From: Tidjanibacter sp.
GTDB taxonomy: Bacteria > Bacteroidota > Bacteroidia > Bacteroidales > Rikenellaceae
DNA: 64,000 nucleotides
Direction of reading: 5' to 3'
NCBI GenBank assembly: GCA_045132795.1
Contig: JBGUSZ010000094.1
Location: forward strand, 2,338 to 66,337
Part shown: piece by piece, positions 9,597-19,533 of the stretch
How positions within the stretch are numbered: the first letter of the stretch is position 1
How the letters are laid out: each line of letters starts with the position of its first letter
Program-made: the position numbers and the translations under genes
The notes under the pieces: model-generated
Database searches by the model: none
What the model was told of the DNA's origin: nothing
What the model saw: only the letters and a program-made list of their open reading frames with translations

Positions 9597-10607
9597 TTAG
9601 AATAGATATTTCTCGGTTTTCACCCTTTCTACCAACGTGAAAATTTCCTTCCACGCATCCTCGCCAAAGGTTGTTCCGACAACCTCAATAACCTTACCCG
9701 CAGTGATGGCTCCGATGGTACCACATTGGCGCAAGTTCAGCCCTTGGCACAAACCGGCCATAAAGCCTGCTGCATAGAAGTCGCCTGCGCCGGTGGTGTC
9801 AACCCTTTTGGCAGCAGCCATAATACCAACGTGTATGCGTTCACAACATTTTTCCTTAATGAGCGCGCCTTTTGTGCCAATCTTCACAATGGCCAAGTCG
9901 CACCTAGCAGCGATAAATTCAAGAGCTTTTTCGGGGTCATCCTCGCCACTGAAAGCCGCGGCCTCCTGCTCGTTGGCGAAAATGATATCCACATATTTAT
10001 CTACCAAGTCCAGCAGGAACGCTCTGTTTTCCAACACCACATTATAACTTGCAAGGTCGATAGCCACCTTCAAACCACACCCCTTTGCGGTCTTGATGGC
10101 GTGGCGGATAACCGAGTGGCTCTGAACCATATAGCCCTCAATATAGAGGCAGTCATATCCCTCAAACACAGTGGGTGTAATGTCGGCTTCGCAGAGTTCG
10201 AGAGCAGCACCGAGGTAGGTTACCATTGTGCGCTCGCCATCGGGCGACACGAGTGCCAAGCATCTTCCCGAGCGATTATTGCCGTGGTAGATGTATGGCT
10301 CAACACCGAGGTTTTCGAGAGCCTGCTCGAAGAAGTGGCCGGTAGAGTCTTTGCCCACTTTACCGATAAGGCCCACCTGGGCACCAAGTCGTGACATACA
10401 GCGGATGGTGTTGGAGGCGCTGCCTCCAAGCGATAGGGTGTGTGGCAGGTCGGCTGTTTCTCCTTGAATCTTGCGCTGGAATTCCGAGTCAACAAGGTTC
10501 ATACTGCCTTTTCCGAGGTTGAGTCTTGTCAGAACATCATCGTTGCGCAGATTTACCAAAAAGTCTGTTAGGGCATTACCGATGCCAATTACCTTTTTCA
10601 CTTGCAT
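9597..10607 (-). CDS. PfkB-family kinase (adenosine kinase-like)
   Basis: 336 aa. N-terminal GIGNALTD, a GGSASN block, and the C-terminal DTTGAGDFYAAGF anion-hole motif of the ribokinase/PfkB family. Confidence 0.85.
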   Translation of the reverse strand: MQVKKVIGIGNALTDFLVNLRNDDVLTRLNLGKGSMNLVDSEFQRKIQGETADLPHTLSLGGSASNTIRCMSRLGAQVGLIGKVGKDSTGHFFEQALENLGVEPYIYHGNNRSGRCLALVSPDGERTMVTYLGAALELCEADITPTVFEGYDCLYIEGYMVQSHSVIRHAIKTAKGCGLKVAIDLASYNVVLENRAFLLDLVDKYVDIIFANEQEAAAFSGEDDPEKALEFIAARCDLAIVKIGTKGALIKEKCCERIHVGIMAAAKRVDTTGAGDFYAAGFMAGLCQGLNLRQCGTIGAITAGKVIEVVGTTFGEDAWKEIFTLVERVKTEKYLF

Positions 10608-10660
10608 TGTGGGTTGTGTTCGGGTTGTGGTTATTTCTTATATGATTAATTTTTAGGCTA

Positions 10661-11449
10661 TTAATACCTTTTGTACACCCACACGTCGGGTTGAATTTTC
10701 TTGTACTCTTTACGCATACGCTCGGCCTCGCCAAGGTTGTTGGTCGAGTGGGCAATCACCACCCACAGTCCGCTGGGGAAGGGGGCGATGGTGTAGTTTT
10801 CGGCACCAATACCGAGGGGATCCTGCTTCGCACATGCGCGCGCGTTATACTTAATGGAGAAAACACCCACAGCCACGTTGTAACGCTTGTCGGGAGCGGG
10901 TGGATTGCTTGCGGGTTTCTCGGGTTCGGCCACCACCTCCGGCTCCACAACCGCAGGGGCTACCTCTACAACCTCAACCTTCTCACACTCTCCCTTTGTG
11001 CATCCTTTGTTGCAGCAAGGGCAGAGTGCAAAAACAACTACGGCAGCTATGGCAACAGCGGCCAATACCCACCAAAACCAGCCACAGCGACAGCGTTTTT
11101 TGAGAATGGGTGCGGCTTTTTCTTCGTCGGCTCCGAGTGCACGGCGCAACTCATCGGCCATTTGGAAGCTTTGGGGCAGAATGACACCAACACCATCCAC
11201 CTTGATGGAGCCGTCCTCTCCTTTGGCACCTTCGAGCCAATCGCCATAGAGGGAGGTGGCTTGCTCGTCTGACAATGCGCCCTGCTCGGCGATAATGTCG
11301 GTTACGAGAATGTGGTTGTCGGAAATCTTTGTGGAGAAGGTTACCTTCTTGGGGCTGCCACCCACCTGCAATGAACCAACTTGTGGGAGTGCAACATTTC
11401 CATACTGCACAAGGCAGTTGAATATCAGCTTATTAACTACATTACTCAT
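10661..11449 (-). CDS. HU-like/SPOR domain membrane protein
   Basis: The N-terminus LVQYGNVALPQVGSLQV resembles HU-CCDC81-type domains. It has a central TM segment (WFWWVLAAVAIAAVVVFAL) and a C-terminal SPOR-like block (YNVAVGVFSIKYNARA...). Confidence 0.75.
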   Translation of the reverse strand: MSNVVNKLIFNCLVQYGNVALPQVGSLQVGGSPKKVTFSTKISDNHILVTDIIAEQGALSDEQATSLYGDWLEGAKGEDGSIKVDGVGVILPQSFQMADELRRALGADEEKAAPILKKRCRCGWFWWVLAAVAIAAVVVFALCPCCNKGCTKGECEKVEVVEVAPAVVEPEVVAEPEKPASNPPAPDKRYNVAVGVFSIKYNARACAKQDPLGIGAENYTIAPFPSGLWVVIAHSTNNLGEAERMRKEYKKIQPDVWVYKRY

Positions 11450-11495
11450 GGCGTAGAGAGTTGTTTATTATTCGTTTTACGGTTATTTTTATTGT

Positions 11496-12374
11496 CTATT
11501 TTTTGGCCTTTGGAGGGGCTACTTTTTTAGCTTTGGGTTTTTCCGGCTCCTCGGCCCACGCAATGTGCTGGGGTTTGTTTTTGAGTCCGATGACCACAAG
11601 CGCCACACCTGCAATCACAAATGGGATGCTCAGCAGCTGCCCCATATTCATACCAATAGCCGCCTTCATACCCTCCTCAAAAGCCACTTGGTCGTTTTTG
11701 ATATACTCCAAGAGGAAGCGCGAGAGGAAAATGCCGATAAGTCCAACACCAAACATCAGGCCCGGGTGCTTGCGGCCGGCATCTTTTTTATAGTAGAGCC
11801 ACAGCAGGACGACGAATACCAGCAGGTAGAAGAGTGCCTCATAAATTTGTGTTGGGTGCATAGGCTCCGTTTCGCCCGCCCTGCGGAAGATGAAGCCCCA
11901 AGGAAGGTCTGTGGGGCCGCCATAGATTTCGGAATTCATCAAGTTGCCGAGCCTTACGCCAGCACCACCCACCGCTACGGGTACCATAATGCGGTCGGCA
12001 GCCCACCAGAAGGGCATTTTGTTCCTCCACGCAAAGAGTGCCAGGCCGAGCAGGAAACCGAGTGCGGCTCCGTGGCTTGCCATTCCACCCTCGCGGATGT
12101 TGAGGATGCGTAACGGGTTGGCGAGGTAAATCTCAGGCTCATAGAACAGACAGTGTCCGAGCCTTGCTCCGAGGATGCCAAGAATGGTAGCATACCAGAA
12201 GAGTGAATCTACAAGTCTGTCGGGCAACTTTTCGCGCTTTGTAAAGTTGGTAAAGAAGTAGATACCGGCAATGAAGGCCAAAGCCCAGAAGACGCCATAG
12301 TATCGTATTTCGAGTCCAAAGAGGGTAATGAATGTGGGGTCCACATTCCACATTACCGAAGAAAAAATAGTCAT
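11496..12374 (-). CDS. lgt: Prolipoprotein diacylglyceryl transferase
   Basis: 292 aa polytopic protein with Lgt blocks REGGMASHGAALG and GVRLGNLMNSE. It has a Lys-rich C-terminal tail. Confidence 0.94.
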   Translation of the reverse strand: MTIFSSVMWNVDPTFITLFGLEIRYYGVFWALAFIAGIYFFTNFTKREKLPDRLVDSLFWYATILGILGARLGHCLFYEPEIYLANPLRILNIREGGMASHGAALGFLLGLALFAWRNKMPFWWAADRIMVPVAVGGAGVRLGNLMNSEIYGGPTDLPWGFIFRRAGETEPMHPTQIYEALFYLLVFVVLLWLYYKKDAGRKHPGLMFGVGLIGIFLSRFLLEYIKNDQVAFEEGMKAAIGMNMGQLLSIPFVIAGVALVVIGLKNKPQHIAWAEEPEKPKAKKVAPPKAKK

Positions 12375-12424
12375 TATTATTCTTGTTTAATTAGCTAACC
12401 GCCCGTAAAGGTAGTCAATTTTGG

Positions 12425-13477
12425 TTAATTCTTGCTGAGCGTAAAGGAAAAAGTGCTTCCCTTACCAAGTTCGCTACGCAGGTTGATGCTTTCGCCGTGG
12501 GCTTCAAGAACGTGTTTCACAATGGCAAGGCCAAGTCCCGTGCCACCCTGCTCGCGTGAGCGGTGTTTGTCGGTGCGGTAGAAACGCTCAAACACACGAG
12601 GAATGTCCTCCTTGTCAATTCCACGTCCGTTATCCCTCACCTCGATAAGGATTTTATCAAAGAGGTCAATAAATTTGACGTAGGTGTGGCCCCCTTGATT
12701 TCCATAACGTATAGAGTTGATTATCAGGTTGATTAATACCTGTTCGATGTAGTATCGGTCGGCCTTTACCCACACCGGCGGATAGGGCTGTTGTGAGTGC
12801 CAGCCGATGTCAATCGAGATATCCTTTTTGGTGGCCTCAAACTCGATGGTATCGACAATATCCCTTGTGAGCGAGGCGATGTCGAAACGTTCATATTTGA
12901 GGTTCAGCACGCCCGACTCCAACTTGGATATGGCCTCCAAATCGGTGGTGATATTGATGAGTCGGTCGATACTTTTTTCGGTACGTTCCAGGTAGCGTCG
13001 CATCATCACAGGGTCGTTCATTCCTCCATCAAGGAGTGTTGAAATGTAGCCCTGAATGTTGAAGATGGGGGTTTTTATCTCGTGCGACACATTGCCCACA
13101 AACTCCTTACGGTACTTTTCGTTCTCTTTGAGTCGTGCAATCTCTTTGCGGTTTTGCTCGGCCCAATGATTCAACTCGGCACTTATGGTACGCTCGGTTT
13201 TGTTGTTCTGTTCCAACTCGGCGGCGAGTTCGGCAGTCTTTACATCGCGCCCCAACACCACTCGGTAGAGGGGTTTAATGCGCTGAATGAAGAAACTCTT
13301 GATCACCTGTTTGGTGCTGAAAAACAACACAACAACGCACGCCAACGCAAAGAGCACACACCACCACCAATTGTCCGAGTGGATAAATCGTCCAATCACA
13401 GTGCCCACCGCCACACAAAAAAGGGTTACTATGCCGACAATTAGCGAGGCACCCTGTATGGTCTTAATCTTTATCAT
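12425..13477 (-). CDS. Sensor histidine kinase (two TM segments, HisKA + HATPase)
   Basis: H-box FVGNVSHEIKTPI, N-box LINLIINSIRYG, G1 VRDNGRGI, G2 GGTGLGLAIV. Confidence 0.9.
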   Translation of the reverse strand: MIKIKTIQGASLIVGIVTLFCVAVGTVIGRFIHSDNWWWCVLFALACVVVLFFSTKQVIKSFFIQRIKPLYRVVLGRDVKTAELAAELEQNNKTERTISAELNHWAEQNRKEIARLKENEKYRKEFVGNVSHEIKTPIFNIQGYISTLLDGGMNDPVMMRRYLERTEKSIDRLINITTDLEAISKLESGVLNLKYERFDIASLTRDIVDTIEFEATKKDISIDIGWHSQQPYPPVWVKADRYYIEQVLINLIINSIRYGNQGGHTYVKFIDLFDKILIEVRDNGRGIDKEDIPRVFERFYRTDKHRSREQGGTGLGLAIVKHVLEAHGESINLRSELGKGSTFSFTLSKN

Positions 13478-13505
13478 AGAAGAGTTGCTTGGTTTTTGTA
13501 TTGAG

Positions 13506-13513
13506 CAAAACTA
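13506..13513 (-). promoter_or_regulatory. Candidate -7 box TAGTTTTG for the histidine kinase gene
   Basis: Plus strand caaaacta gives minus strand TAgtTTTG. It lies 29 nt upstream of the ATG at 13477. Confidence 0.3.
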
Positions 13514-13571
13514 CAAAAAACTTGTGATGTTTCAAATAAAATTGCGACCTTTGTAGTTCTAAAAGAGCGTT

Positions 13572-13643
13572 GGCCCCGTAGTTTAATGGATAAAATGCGA
13601 GATTCCGGTTCTTGTGCTGGCGGTTCGATTCCGCCCGGGGCTA
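13572..13643 (+). tRNA. tRNA-Arg (anticodon CCG)
   Basis: Hand-folded cloverleaf. Acceptor GGCCCCG/CGGGGCT, D-stem GTTT/AAAT with a GG loop, anticodon stem CGAGA/TCTTG with loop TTCCGGT, and T-arm GGCGG-TTCGATT-CCGCC. Confidence 0.9.
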
Positions 13644-13653
13644 CAAATGGGAG

Positions 13654-13681
13654 TTCAAAATTCAAAATTCAGAATTCAAAA
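13654..13681 (+). repeat. Four tandem heptads TTCAAAA/TTCAAAA/TTCAGAA/TTCAAAA ending in the uvrB ATG
   Basis: Read directly from the sequence. The array fills most of the 37-nt gap between tRNA-Arg and uvrB. Confidence 0.9.
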
Positions 13682-15693
13682 TGGATTTCAAGTTAGTGTC
13701 GGACTATAAACCAACGGGCGACCAGCCCGAGGCCATCGAGGGCTTGGTGCGCTCGGTGGAGAGTGGTATGCCCCACACTACCTTGTTGGGTGTTACTGGT
13801 TCGGGCAAGACCTTTACCATCGCAAATACCGTCGCAAGGCTCAATCGCCCAACACTCGTACTCTCCCACAACAAAACCCTTGCGGCACAACTTTACAGCG
13901 AGTTCAAGGCCTTCTTCCCCGACAACGCTGTGGAGTACTTCGTGTCCTACTACGACTACTACCAGCCGGAGGCCTACCTACCCGCCAGCGATACCTACAT
14001 TGAAAAAGACCTCGCAATCAACGACGAGATTGAAAAACTGCGCCTCCACACCACCGCCTCGCTTCTTTCGGGGCGTAGGGATGTGATTGTGGTGTCGAGT
14101 GTGTCGTGTTTGTATGGTATTGGCAACCCCTCTGATTTTCACGCTAATAGCATCACATTGCGTGTGGGCGACGAGATACCCCAGCGCAAGCTTCTCTACC
14201 GATTTGTGGATGCACTCTACACTCGCACGGAGCGCAACTTGGAACCTGCAACATTCCGCGTTAAGGGCGATACCATCGACGTTATGCCCTCCTATGCCGA
14301 GAGCGAGGCCTTCCGTATCTCAATGTTTGGTGACGAGGTGGAGGCACTCTACCGCATTGACCCGATGACGGGCGCACGCACCGAGGAGTTGGACGAGATA
14401 ACCATCTTCCCCGCAAACCTCTTTGTTACCACCAAAGAGCGCACCGAGAAGGCTATCCGAGAGATTCAACTCGACCTCGGACAGCGCATTGAGGAGTTTG
14501 AGAAGGAGGGGCGCACCACCGAGGCGCAACGTATCAAGCAGAGGGTGGAGTATGACTTGGAGATGATAAAAGAGCTCGGATATTGTTCGGGCATCGAGAA
14601 CTACTCTCGCTATATGGACGGTCGTAAACCGGGCGAGAGACCGTTCTGTTTGTTGGACTATTTCCCCGAAGACTTCCTGCTTGTGATAGATGAGAGCCAT
14701 GTTACTGTTCCGCAGGTGAGGGCGATGTATGGCGGCGATAGGGCTCGCAAGGAAAACCTTGTTGAATATGGCTTCCGCCTGCCGGCAGCGGTGGATAATA
14801 GACCGCTGACTTTCAGCGAATTTGAAACATTTGGCCACAGCGTCATTTACTGTTCGGCAACCCCTGCCGACTATGAACTCATCAAGTGTGAGGGTGCGGT
14901 GGTGGAGCAGCTCATCAGGCCCACTGGATTGTTGGACCCCGAGATAGAGGTGCGACCTACAGATGGCCAGGTGGACGACCTCTTGGAGGAGGTGAACAAC
15001 TGTGTCCACAAAGGTCAAAGAGTGCTCGTTACAACGCTCACAAAGCGGATGGCCGAGGAACTCTCCAAATACTTCGACCGCATCGGTGTTCGCAACCGGT
15101 ACATCCATTCCGACGTGGACACCTTCGACCGTGTGCAGATTTTGGAGGATTTGAAGGCGGGCTCTTTCGATGTGTTGGTGGGTGTCAACCTGCTGCGTGA
15201 GGGACTCGACCTGCCCGAAGTGGCACTTGTGGCCATTTTGGATGCCGACAAAGAGGGCTTCCTGCGTAACGAAAAATCGCTTACCCAGACGGCCGGTCGT
15301 GCAGCCCGTAATGTAGAGGGTAGGGTTATTATGTATGCTGACAGAATTACCCCCGCAATGCAGGCAACCATTGCCGAGAGCACACGTCGTAGGAATAAAC
15401 AAATTGCTTATAATGAGGCCAATGGCATAACCCCAACACAGATTAAACGCTACACTCGAACGACCATTTCTGGCGCAACCTCTTCGCAAGCTTCGGAGCC
15501 CTATCCATTGGGTGGCTCGGGTGTGCAGATGGCTGCCGATAACAAGGGAGTATATTCGGCCTCGGAGAGGGAGGGCGCCATTGAAGATGCTCGCCGACGT
15601 ATGGAGGAGGCGGCCAGGGCGCTCGACTTTGCACAGGCGGCTCTGTGGCGTGATAGAATGTATGAGTTGCAGGGCAAAAAATATGGGCGTTAG
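13681..15693 (+). CDS. uvrB: Excinuclease ABC subunit B
   Basis: Start placed at MDFKLVSDYKPTGDQPEAI, because the longer ORF overlaps tRNA-Arg. Walker A GVTGSGKT, beta-hairpin region YYDYYQPEAY, helicase motifs, and a C-terminal UVR domain (FAQAALWRDRMYEL). Confidence 0.97.
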   Translation: MDFKLVSDYKPTGDQPEAIEGLVRSVESGMPHTTLLGVTGSGKTFTIANTVARLNRPTLVLSHNKTLAAQLYSEFKAFFPDNAVEYFVSYYDYYQPEAYLPASDTYIEKDLAINDEIEKLRLHTTASLLSGRRDVIVVSSVSCLYGIGNPSDFHANSITLRVGDEIPQRKLLYRFVDALYTRTERNLEPATFRVKGDTIDVMPSYAESEAFRISMFGDEVEALYRIDPMTGARTEELDEITIFPANLFVTTKERTEKAIREIQLDLGQRIEEFEKEGRTTEAQRIKQRVEYDLEMIKELGYCSGIENYSRYMDGRKPGERPFCLLDYFPEDFLLVIDESHVTVPQVRAMYGGDRARKENLVEYGFRLPAAVDNRPLTFSEFETFGHSVIYCSATPADYELIKCEGAVVEQLIRPTGLLDPEIEVRPTDGQVDDLLEEVNNCVHKGQRVLVTTLTKRMAEELSKYFDRIGVRNRYIHSDVDTFDRVQILEDLKAGSFDVLVGVNLLREGLDLPEVALVAILDADKEGFLRNEKSLTQTAGRAARNVEGRVIMYADRITPAMQATIAESTRRRNKQIAYNEANGITPTQIKRYTRTTISGATSSQASEPYPLGGSGVQMAADNKGVYSASEREGAIEDARRRMEEAARALDFAQAALWRDRMYELQGKKYGR

Positions 15694-15697
15694 GAGT

Positions 15698-16177
15698 ATG
15701 AAGTTAGCAGACAGGATAACCCAAATTATAGACTTTTTCTACATCAAACCCATTCGTAAGGTATTGCCCGTGCAGACCTTCCGTTATGCGGCGTGCGGTG
15801 GGGCCAATTTGGTTTTCAATTGGCTGCTCTATGCGCTGCTCTACGACGTGGTGTTGGGTTTCGACTATCTCAATCTTGGCATTGTATATATCTCGCGACA
15901 TATTGCAGCGCTTTGTATCACCTTCCCCATTACACTCCTCACGGGCTATTGGCTCCAAAGCCGAGTGTCGTTTGTAGGCTCGCCTCTGGGCGACAAGATT
16001 AGCGGCATACGCTACCTTATAACCACCCTCGGCTCGTTGGCAATCAACTATGTCTGCTTGAAATTGTTTGTGGAGTGGTGTGGCATCCACGCACCTGTGG
16101 CGCAGGTAATCACCTCGTTGATTACGGTTGTTTATAGCTACCTCCTCCAAAAACATTGGACTTTCCGAGGTGCATAA
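15698..16177 (+). CDS. GtrA-family membrane protein
   Basis: 160 aa with an ATG 5 nt after the uvrB stop. Four TM segments. FRYAACGGANLVFNWLLY and the ending YLLQKHWTFR are typical of the GtrA family. Confidence 0.82.
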   Translation: MKLADRITQIIDFFYIKPIRKVLPVQTFRYAACGGANLVFNWLLYALLYDVVLGFDYLNLGIVYISRHIAALCITFPITLLTGYWLQSRVSFVGSPLGDKISGIRYLITTLGSLAINYVCLKLFVEWCGIHAPVAQVITSLITVVYSYLLQKHWTFRGA

Positions 16178-16198
16178 GGAATAGTCAAACAACCACTA

Positions 16199-16225
16199 AC
16201 GACCGCCACAGGGCGGTCGTTTTTT
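16199..16225 (+). terminator. Intrinsic terminator after the GtrA-family gene
   Basis: ACGACCGCC acag GGCGGTCGT followed by TTTTT. Confidence 0.75.
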
Positions 16226-16299
16226 GCAAAATACAAAGTATTTTGTATTTTTACGTGCTAAATCTGCACATAAGCGCAACCATCCACAAGGACAACACA

Positions 16300-18267
16300 A
16301 TGATTGACAGAGCAACAGTAGATAAAATTTATGCCACAGCAAATGTGGTGGAGGTCATTAGCGACTTCATTTCGCTCCGCAAACAGGGAGTGAACTACAC
16401 TGCTTGTTGTCCGTTCCACAACGAAAAAACACCCTCTTTTGTGGTGTCGCCCGGCAAAGGACTCTACAAATGCTTTGGTTGTGGCAAGGGTGGTAATGCT
16501 GTAACCTTTGTGATGGAGCACGAAAAACTCACCTATGCCGAGGCCCTCAAATGGGTTGCTAAAAAATATGGCATCACGGTTGAGGAGCGAGAGGAGACCC
16601 CCGAGGAGAAACAACGCAACGACGATAGGGAGAGTATGATGATTGTCAATGCGTGGGCTTCGGACTACTTCATGAAGGCTCTCTATGACACCGACGAGGG
16701 TTTGAGTGTGGCTCGCAGCTATTTTGCAGGTCGAGGACTTACGGATGCAACCATCAAGAAATTCGGACTTGGCTATTGCCCCGGGCGTGGCGACCTGATG
16801 ACACAAGCGGCCCTCACGGGTGGCTATAAGGAGCGCTTCCTTGTCGACACAGGTCTTACCATTAAACGAGAAACGGGTGGCTACTACGATCGCTTCTGCG
16901 GGCGAGCAATGTTCCCCATCCAAACCATAAGCGGACGTGTTACGGCATTTAGTGGCCGCGCCCTTTCGGGCGACAACAAGGCCAAGTATGTCAACTCGCC
17001 AGAGAGTGTGGTTTACAGCAAGAGCAACAACCTCTATGGTATCTACTTTGCAAAGGGTGCCATAACAAGGGAGGACCACTGTATCTTGGTTGAGGGTAAC
17101 ATCGACGTTGTACAGATGCACCAAAAGGGTATCGAGAATGTGGTTGCTCCTCTTGGAACTGCTCTCACGGTGGAGCAGGTGAGGATTATCAGCCGCTTTA
17201 CTCGCAACATCACCCTCCTTTTTGATGGCGACAGCGCTGGTGTGAAGGCTGCCATCAAGGGTGTGGACTTGGTGTTGAAGGAGGGTATGAATGTGAGGGT
17301 TGTGGTTCTGCCCGAGGGCGAGGACCCCGATTCCTATGCACGCCACCATACCGCCGACCAGATACGTGAGTTTATTGCCCAAAATCGCAAGGACTTCATA
17401 TCCTTCAAGGCTTCGCTCTATGCCGAGCAGGTGCAGAGGGATCCTATTCGCAAGGCAGAACTTATCAGCGATATGGTGGGTAGCATTGCGCTCATCCCCG
17501 ACGAAATTCAACGCTCGGTATTCATTAAGGAGTGCGCCAAGACGATGGATGTGGAGGAGAGCCTACTTACGGGCGAGGTTATCCGCAAGCGTATGGGCAC
17601 CCAATATGACCGCCACACCCATGAGTTCATCCGCAACCAGCAGGCACGCCAGCGGGTAGAAGAGAGGGAGTTGAAAGAGGTTGTGAGTCTCGGTACGCAC
17701 AAGGCGGGTAGCAGCATCACCGAACTCGAAAAGGAGATTGCTGGCTACCTCATCAAATATGGCCACTGCTCGTTCAACTATCGTGATGGTCGTGTGGTTA
17801 CCCCCTTCAATGTTGCCGATACCATCTTTGCCGAGATTGAGGGTGAGGGGTTGTATTTCAGAGATGGGCGTTACAGGGCCATTATGGAGTGCTACAAGGC
17901 CAATCGTGGTGGCGTGGCCGAGGGAGAGAAGGTGCCCGAACACTTCTTTATTGAGATGAACGATCCCGAGGCTAGTAGTGCGGCGGTGGATATTCTCACA
18001 GAGAATGACAACTACAAGCAGTCGCAAATCTGGAAGAATCACGACATCTACATCGACTCCGAAGAGGAGCGACTTGGTAAGATAATCCCCAAGAGTATCT
18101 TGCTCTACAAATCCAAAGCTATCGAACTGCTTATTGAAGAGTTTGGGGCAAAGTTGGCCCAGATGGACGAGGAGGATGTTGAGTATATGTCGGTTGTGGA
18201 GAAGATTGCGCAGTTCAATGCGATGCGTAAGGGGATGGCCGAAAAAATACAACGTAACATACTATGA
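16300..18267 (+). CDS. dnaG: DNA primase
   Basis: Start at [23 protein letters not shown]. Zinc finger [12 protein letters not shown]...CFGCGKGG and TOPRIM blocks ILVEGNIDV and LFDGDSAG. The stop overlaps the smpB ATG (ATGA). Confidence 0.95.
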   Translation: MIDRATVDKIYATANVVEVISDFISLRKQGVNYTACCPFHNEKTPSFVVSPGKGLYKCFGCGKGGNAVTFVMEHEKLTYAEALKWVAKKYGITVEEREETPEEKQRNDDRESMMIVNAWASDYFMKALYDTDEGLSVARSYFAGRGLTDATIKKFGLGYCPGRGDLMTQAALTGGYKERFLVDTGLTIKRETGGYYDRFCGRAMFPIQTISGRVTAFSGRALSGDNKAKYVNSPESVVYSKSNNLYGIYFAKGAITREDHCILVEGNIDVVQMHQKGIENVVAPLGTALTVEQVRIISRFTRNITLLFDGDSAGVKAAIKGVDLVLKEGMNVRVVVLPEGEDPDSYARHHTADQIREFIAQNRKDFISFKASLYAEQVQRDPIRKAELISDMVGSIALIPDEIQRSVFIKECAKTMDVEESLLTGEVIRKRMGTQYDRHTHEFIRNQQARQRVEERELKEVVSLGTHKAGSSITELEKEIAGYLIKYGHCSFNYRDGRVVTPFNVADTIFAEIEGEGLYFRDGRYRAIMECYKANRGGVAEGEKVPEHFFIEMNDPEASSAAVDILTENDNYKQSQIWKNHDIYIDSEEERLGKIIPKSILLYKSKAIELLIEEFGAKLAQMDEEDVEYMSVVEKIAQFNAMRKGMAEKIQRNIL

Positions 18268-18728
18268 GCGACTATAAAAACATATCCATAAAGAATAAGC
18301 GCGCATACTTCAACTATGAGATTTTGGAGGAGTATGTGGCAGGCATTGTGCTGGCCGGTACGGAGATAAAATCGCTTCGCTTGGGCAAAGCGTCGTTGGT
18401 TGACTGCTATTGCTATTTTGCCAACCACGAACTCTTCATCCGAGGGATGAATATCGCCGAGTATGATTGGGGCAACCTCAACAACCACGCACCTCGCAGG
18501 GACCGTAAGTTGCTCCTCACGGGGCGTGAACTGACCAAGTTGGAGCGAGCCTCGCAGGACAAGGGTGTTACTATTGTGGGCCTGAGGATGTTCATCAACG
18601 AGAGGGGTTTTGCGAAGGTGGTCATCGGCTTGGCTCGTGGTAAACACGAGTATGACAAGCGTGAAACCATCAAAGCACGCGACACAAAACGAGAGTTGGA
18701 TACGATAAAGAAACAATATAGAAGATAG
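18264..18728 (+). CDS. smpB: SsrA-binding protein
   Basis: 154 aa. [31 protein letters not shown] is a typical SmpB N-terminus. Confidence 0.95.
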   Translation: MSDYKNISIKNKRAYFNYEILEEYVAGIVLAGTEIKSLRLGKASLVDCYCYFANHELFIRGMNIAEYDWGNLNNHAPRRDRKLLLTGRELTKLERASQDKGVTIVGLRMFINERGFAKVVIGLARGKHEYDKRETIKARDTKRELDTIKKQYRR

Positions 18729-18730
18729 AG

Positions 18731-18785
18731 TTGAGGTTTGAAGTTGGGTTAATTCTCAATTCTCAATACTCAATTCTCAATTTTG
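18731..18785. repeat. Heptad array: three degenerate TTGARGT units followed by four AATTCTC-type units in inverse orientation
   Basis: ttgaggt ttgaagt tgggtta | aattctc aattctc aatactc aattctc aattttg. The array fills the smpB-tsaB spacer. Confidence 0.85.
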
Positions 18786-18788
18786 ACA

Positions 18789-19496
18789 ATGGCTCTGATT
18801 TTATGTATTGAAACAGGCACCGACATCTGTTCGGTGGCATTGGCGAGGGACGGCGAGATGATTGCCCTCAGGGAGAGCGACCTCGGACACGACCATGCAC
18901 GCAAGGTGGGAGTCTTCACCCAAGAACTCCTCCGAGAACACAACATATCACCCGACGAGTTGGATGCGGTGGCTGTGGGTAAGGGTCCTGGCTCATATAC
19001 GGGCCTGCGTATTGGCGTTTCGTTCGCCAAGGGTTTGTGCTATGCGCTGAACATTCCATTGATTTCGGTGGACTCTCTGCGCTCGCTGGCTGCCTGCTTG
19101 GTAGAGGAACACGAGGCGGGCATTGTGGAGGTGGAGGATTGGGACAACACAATGCTCTGCCCGATGATTGACGCACGCCGTATGGAGGTCTATGCCGAGT
19201 TGTTCGACACCAACCTTGCACCACAGAGCGAGGTCGTGGCAGAGGTGGTTACGGATAAGAGTTTCTTTGATGTGCAACTGATGCGCAAGAAGCTCCTCAT
19301 CTTTGGTAGTGGTGCCGAGAAGTGCCAGGGTGTGTTGGAGTGGGCCGACTATGTGGAGATTGCCCCCTCTGCACGAGGTTTGTGCGCCGAGGCCGAGAGG
19401 AAGTTGCAGGCAGGTGAGGTGGAGGATGTTGCCTATTTCGAGCCCTTCTACCTGAAAGACTTCATCGTTACGGCCTCCAAGAAAAAACTATTTTAG
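18789..19496 (+). CDS. tsaB: tRNA threonylcarbamoyladenosine biosynthesis protein TsaB
   Basis: ATG at 18789; the track ORF starts at a TTG two codons earlier. LCIETGTDICSVAL and GPGSYTGLRIG blocks. Confidence 0.9.
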   Translation: MALILCIETGTDICSVALARDGEMIALRESDLGHDHARKVGVFTQELLREHNISPDELDAVAVGKGPGSYTGLRIGVSFAKGLCYALNIPLISVDSLRSLAACLVEEHEAGIVEVEDWDNTMLCPMIDARRMEVYAELFDTNLAPQSEVVAEVVTDKSFFDVQLMRKKLLIFGSGAEKCQGVLEWADYVEIAPSARGLCAEAERKLQAGEVEDVAYFEPFYLKDFIVTASKKKLF

Positions 19497-19533
19497 GGCA
19501 GTGTCTTGATAGGAATTTAACTCAAACAACACA

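Noticed and set aside
13612-13680. A longer uvrB ORF starting at 13612.
   Set aside because: The extra 23 codons overlap the 3' half of tRNA-Arg and the heptad array. The conserved UvrB N-terminus begins at the ATG at 13681.
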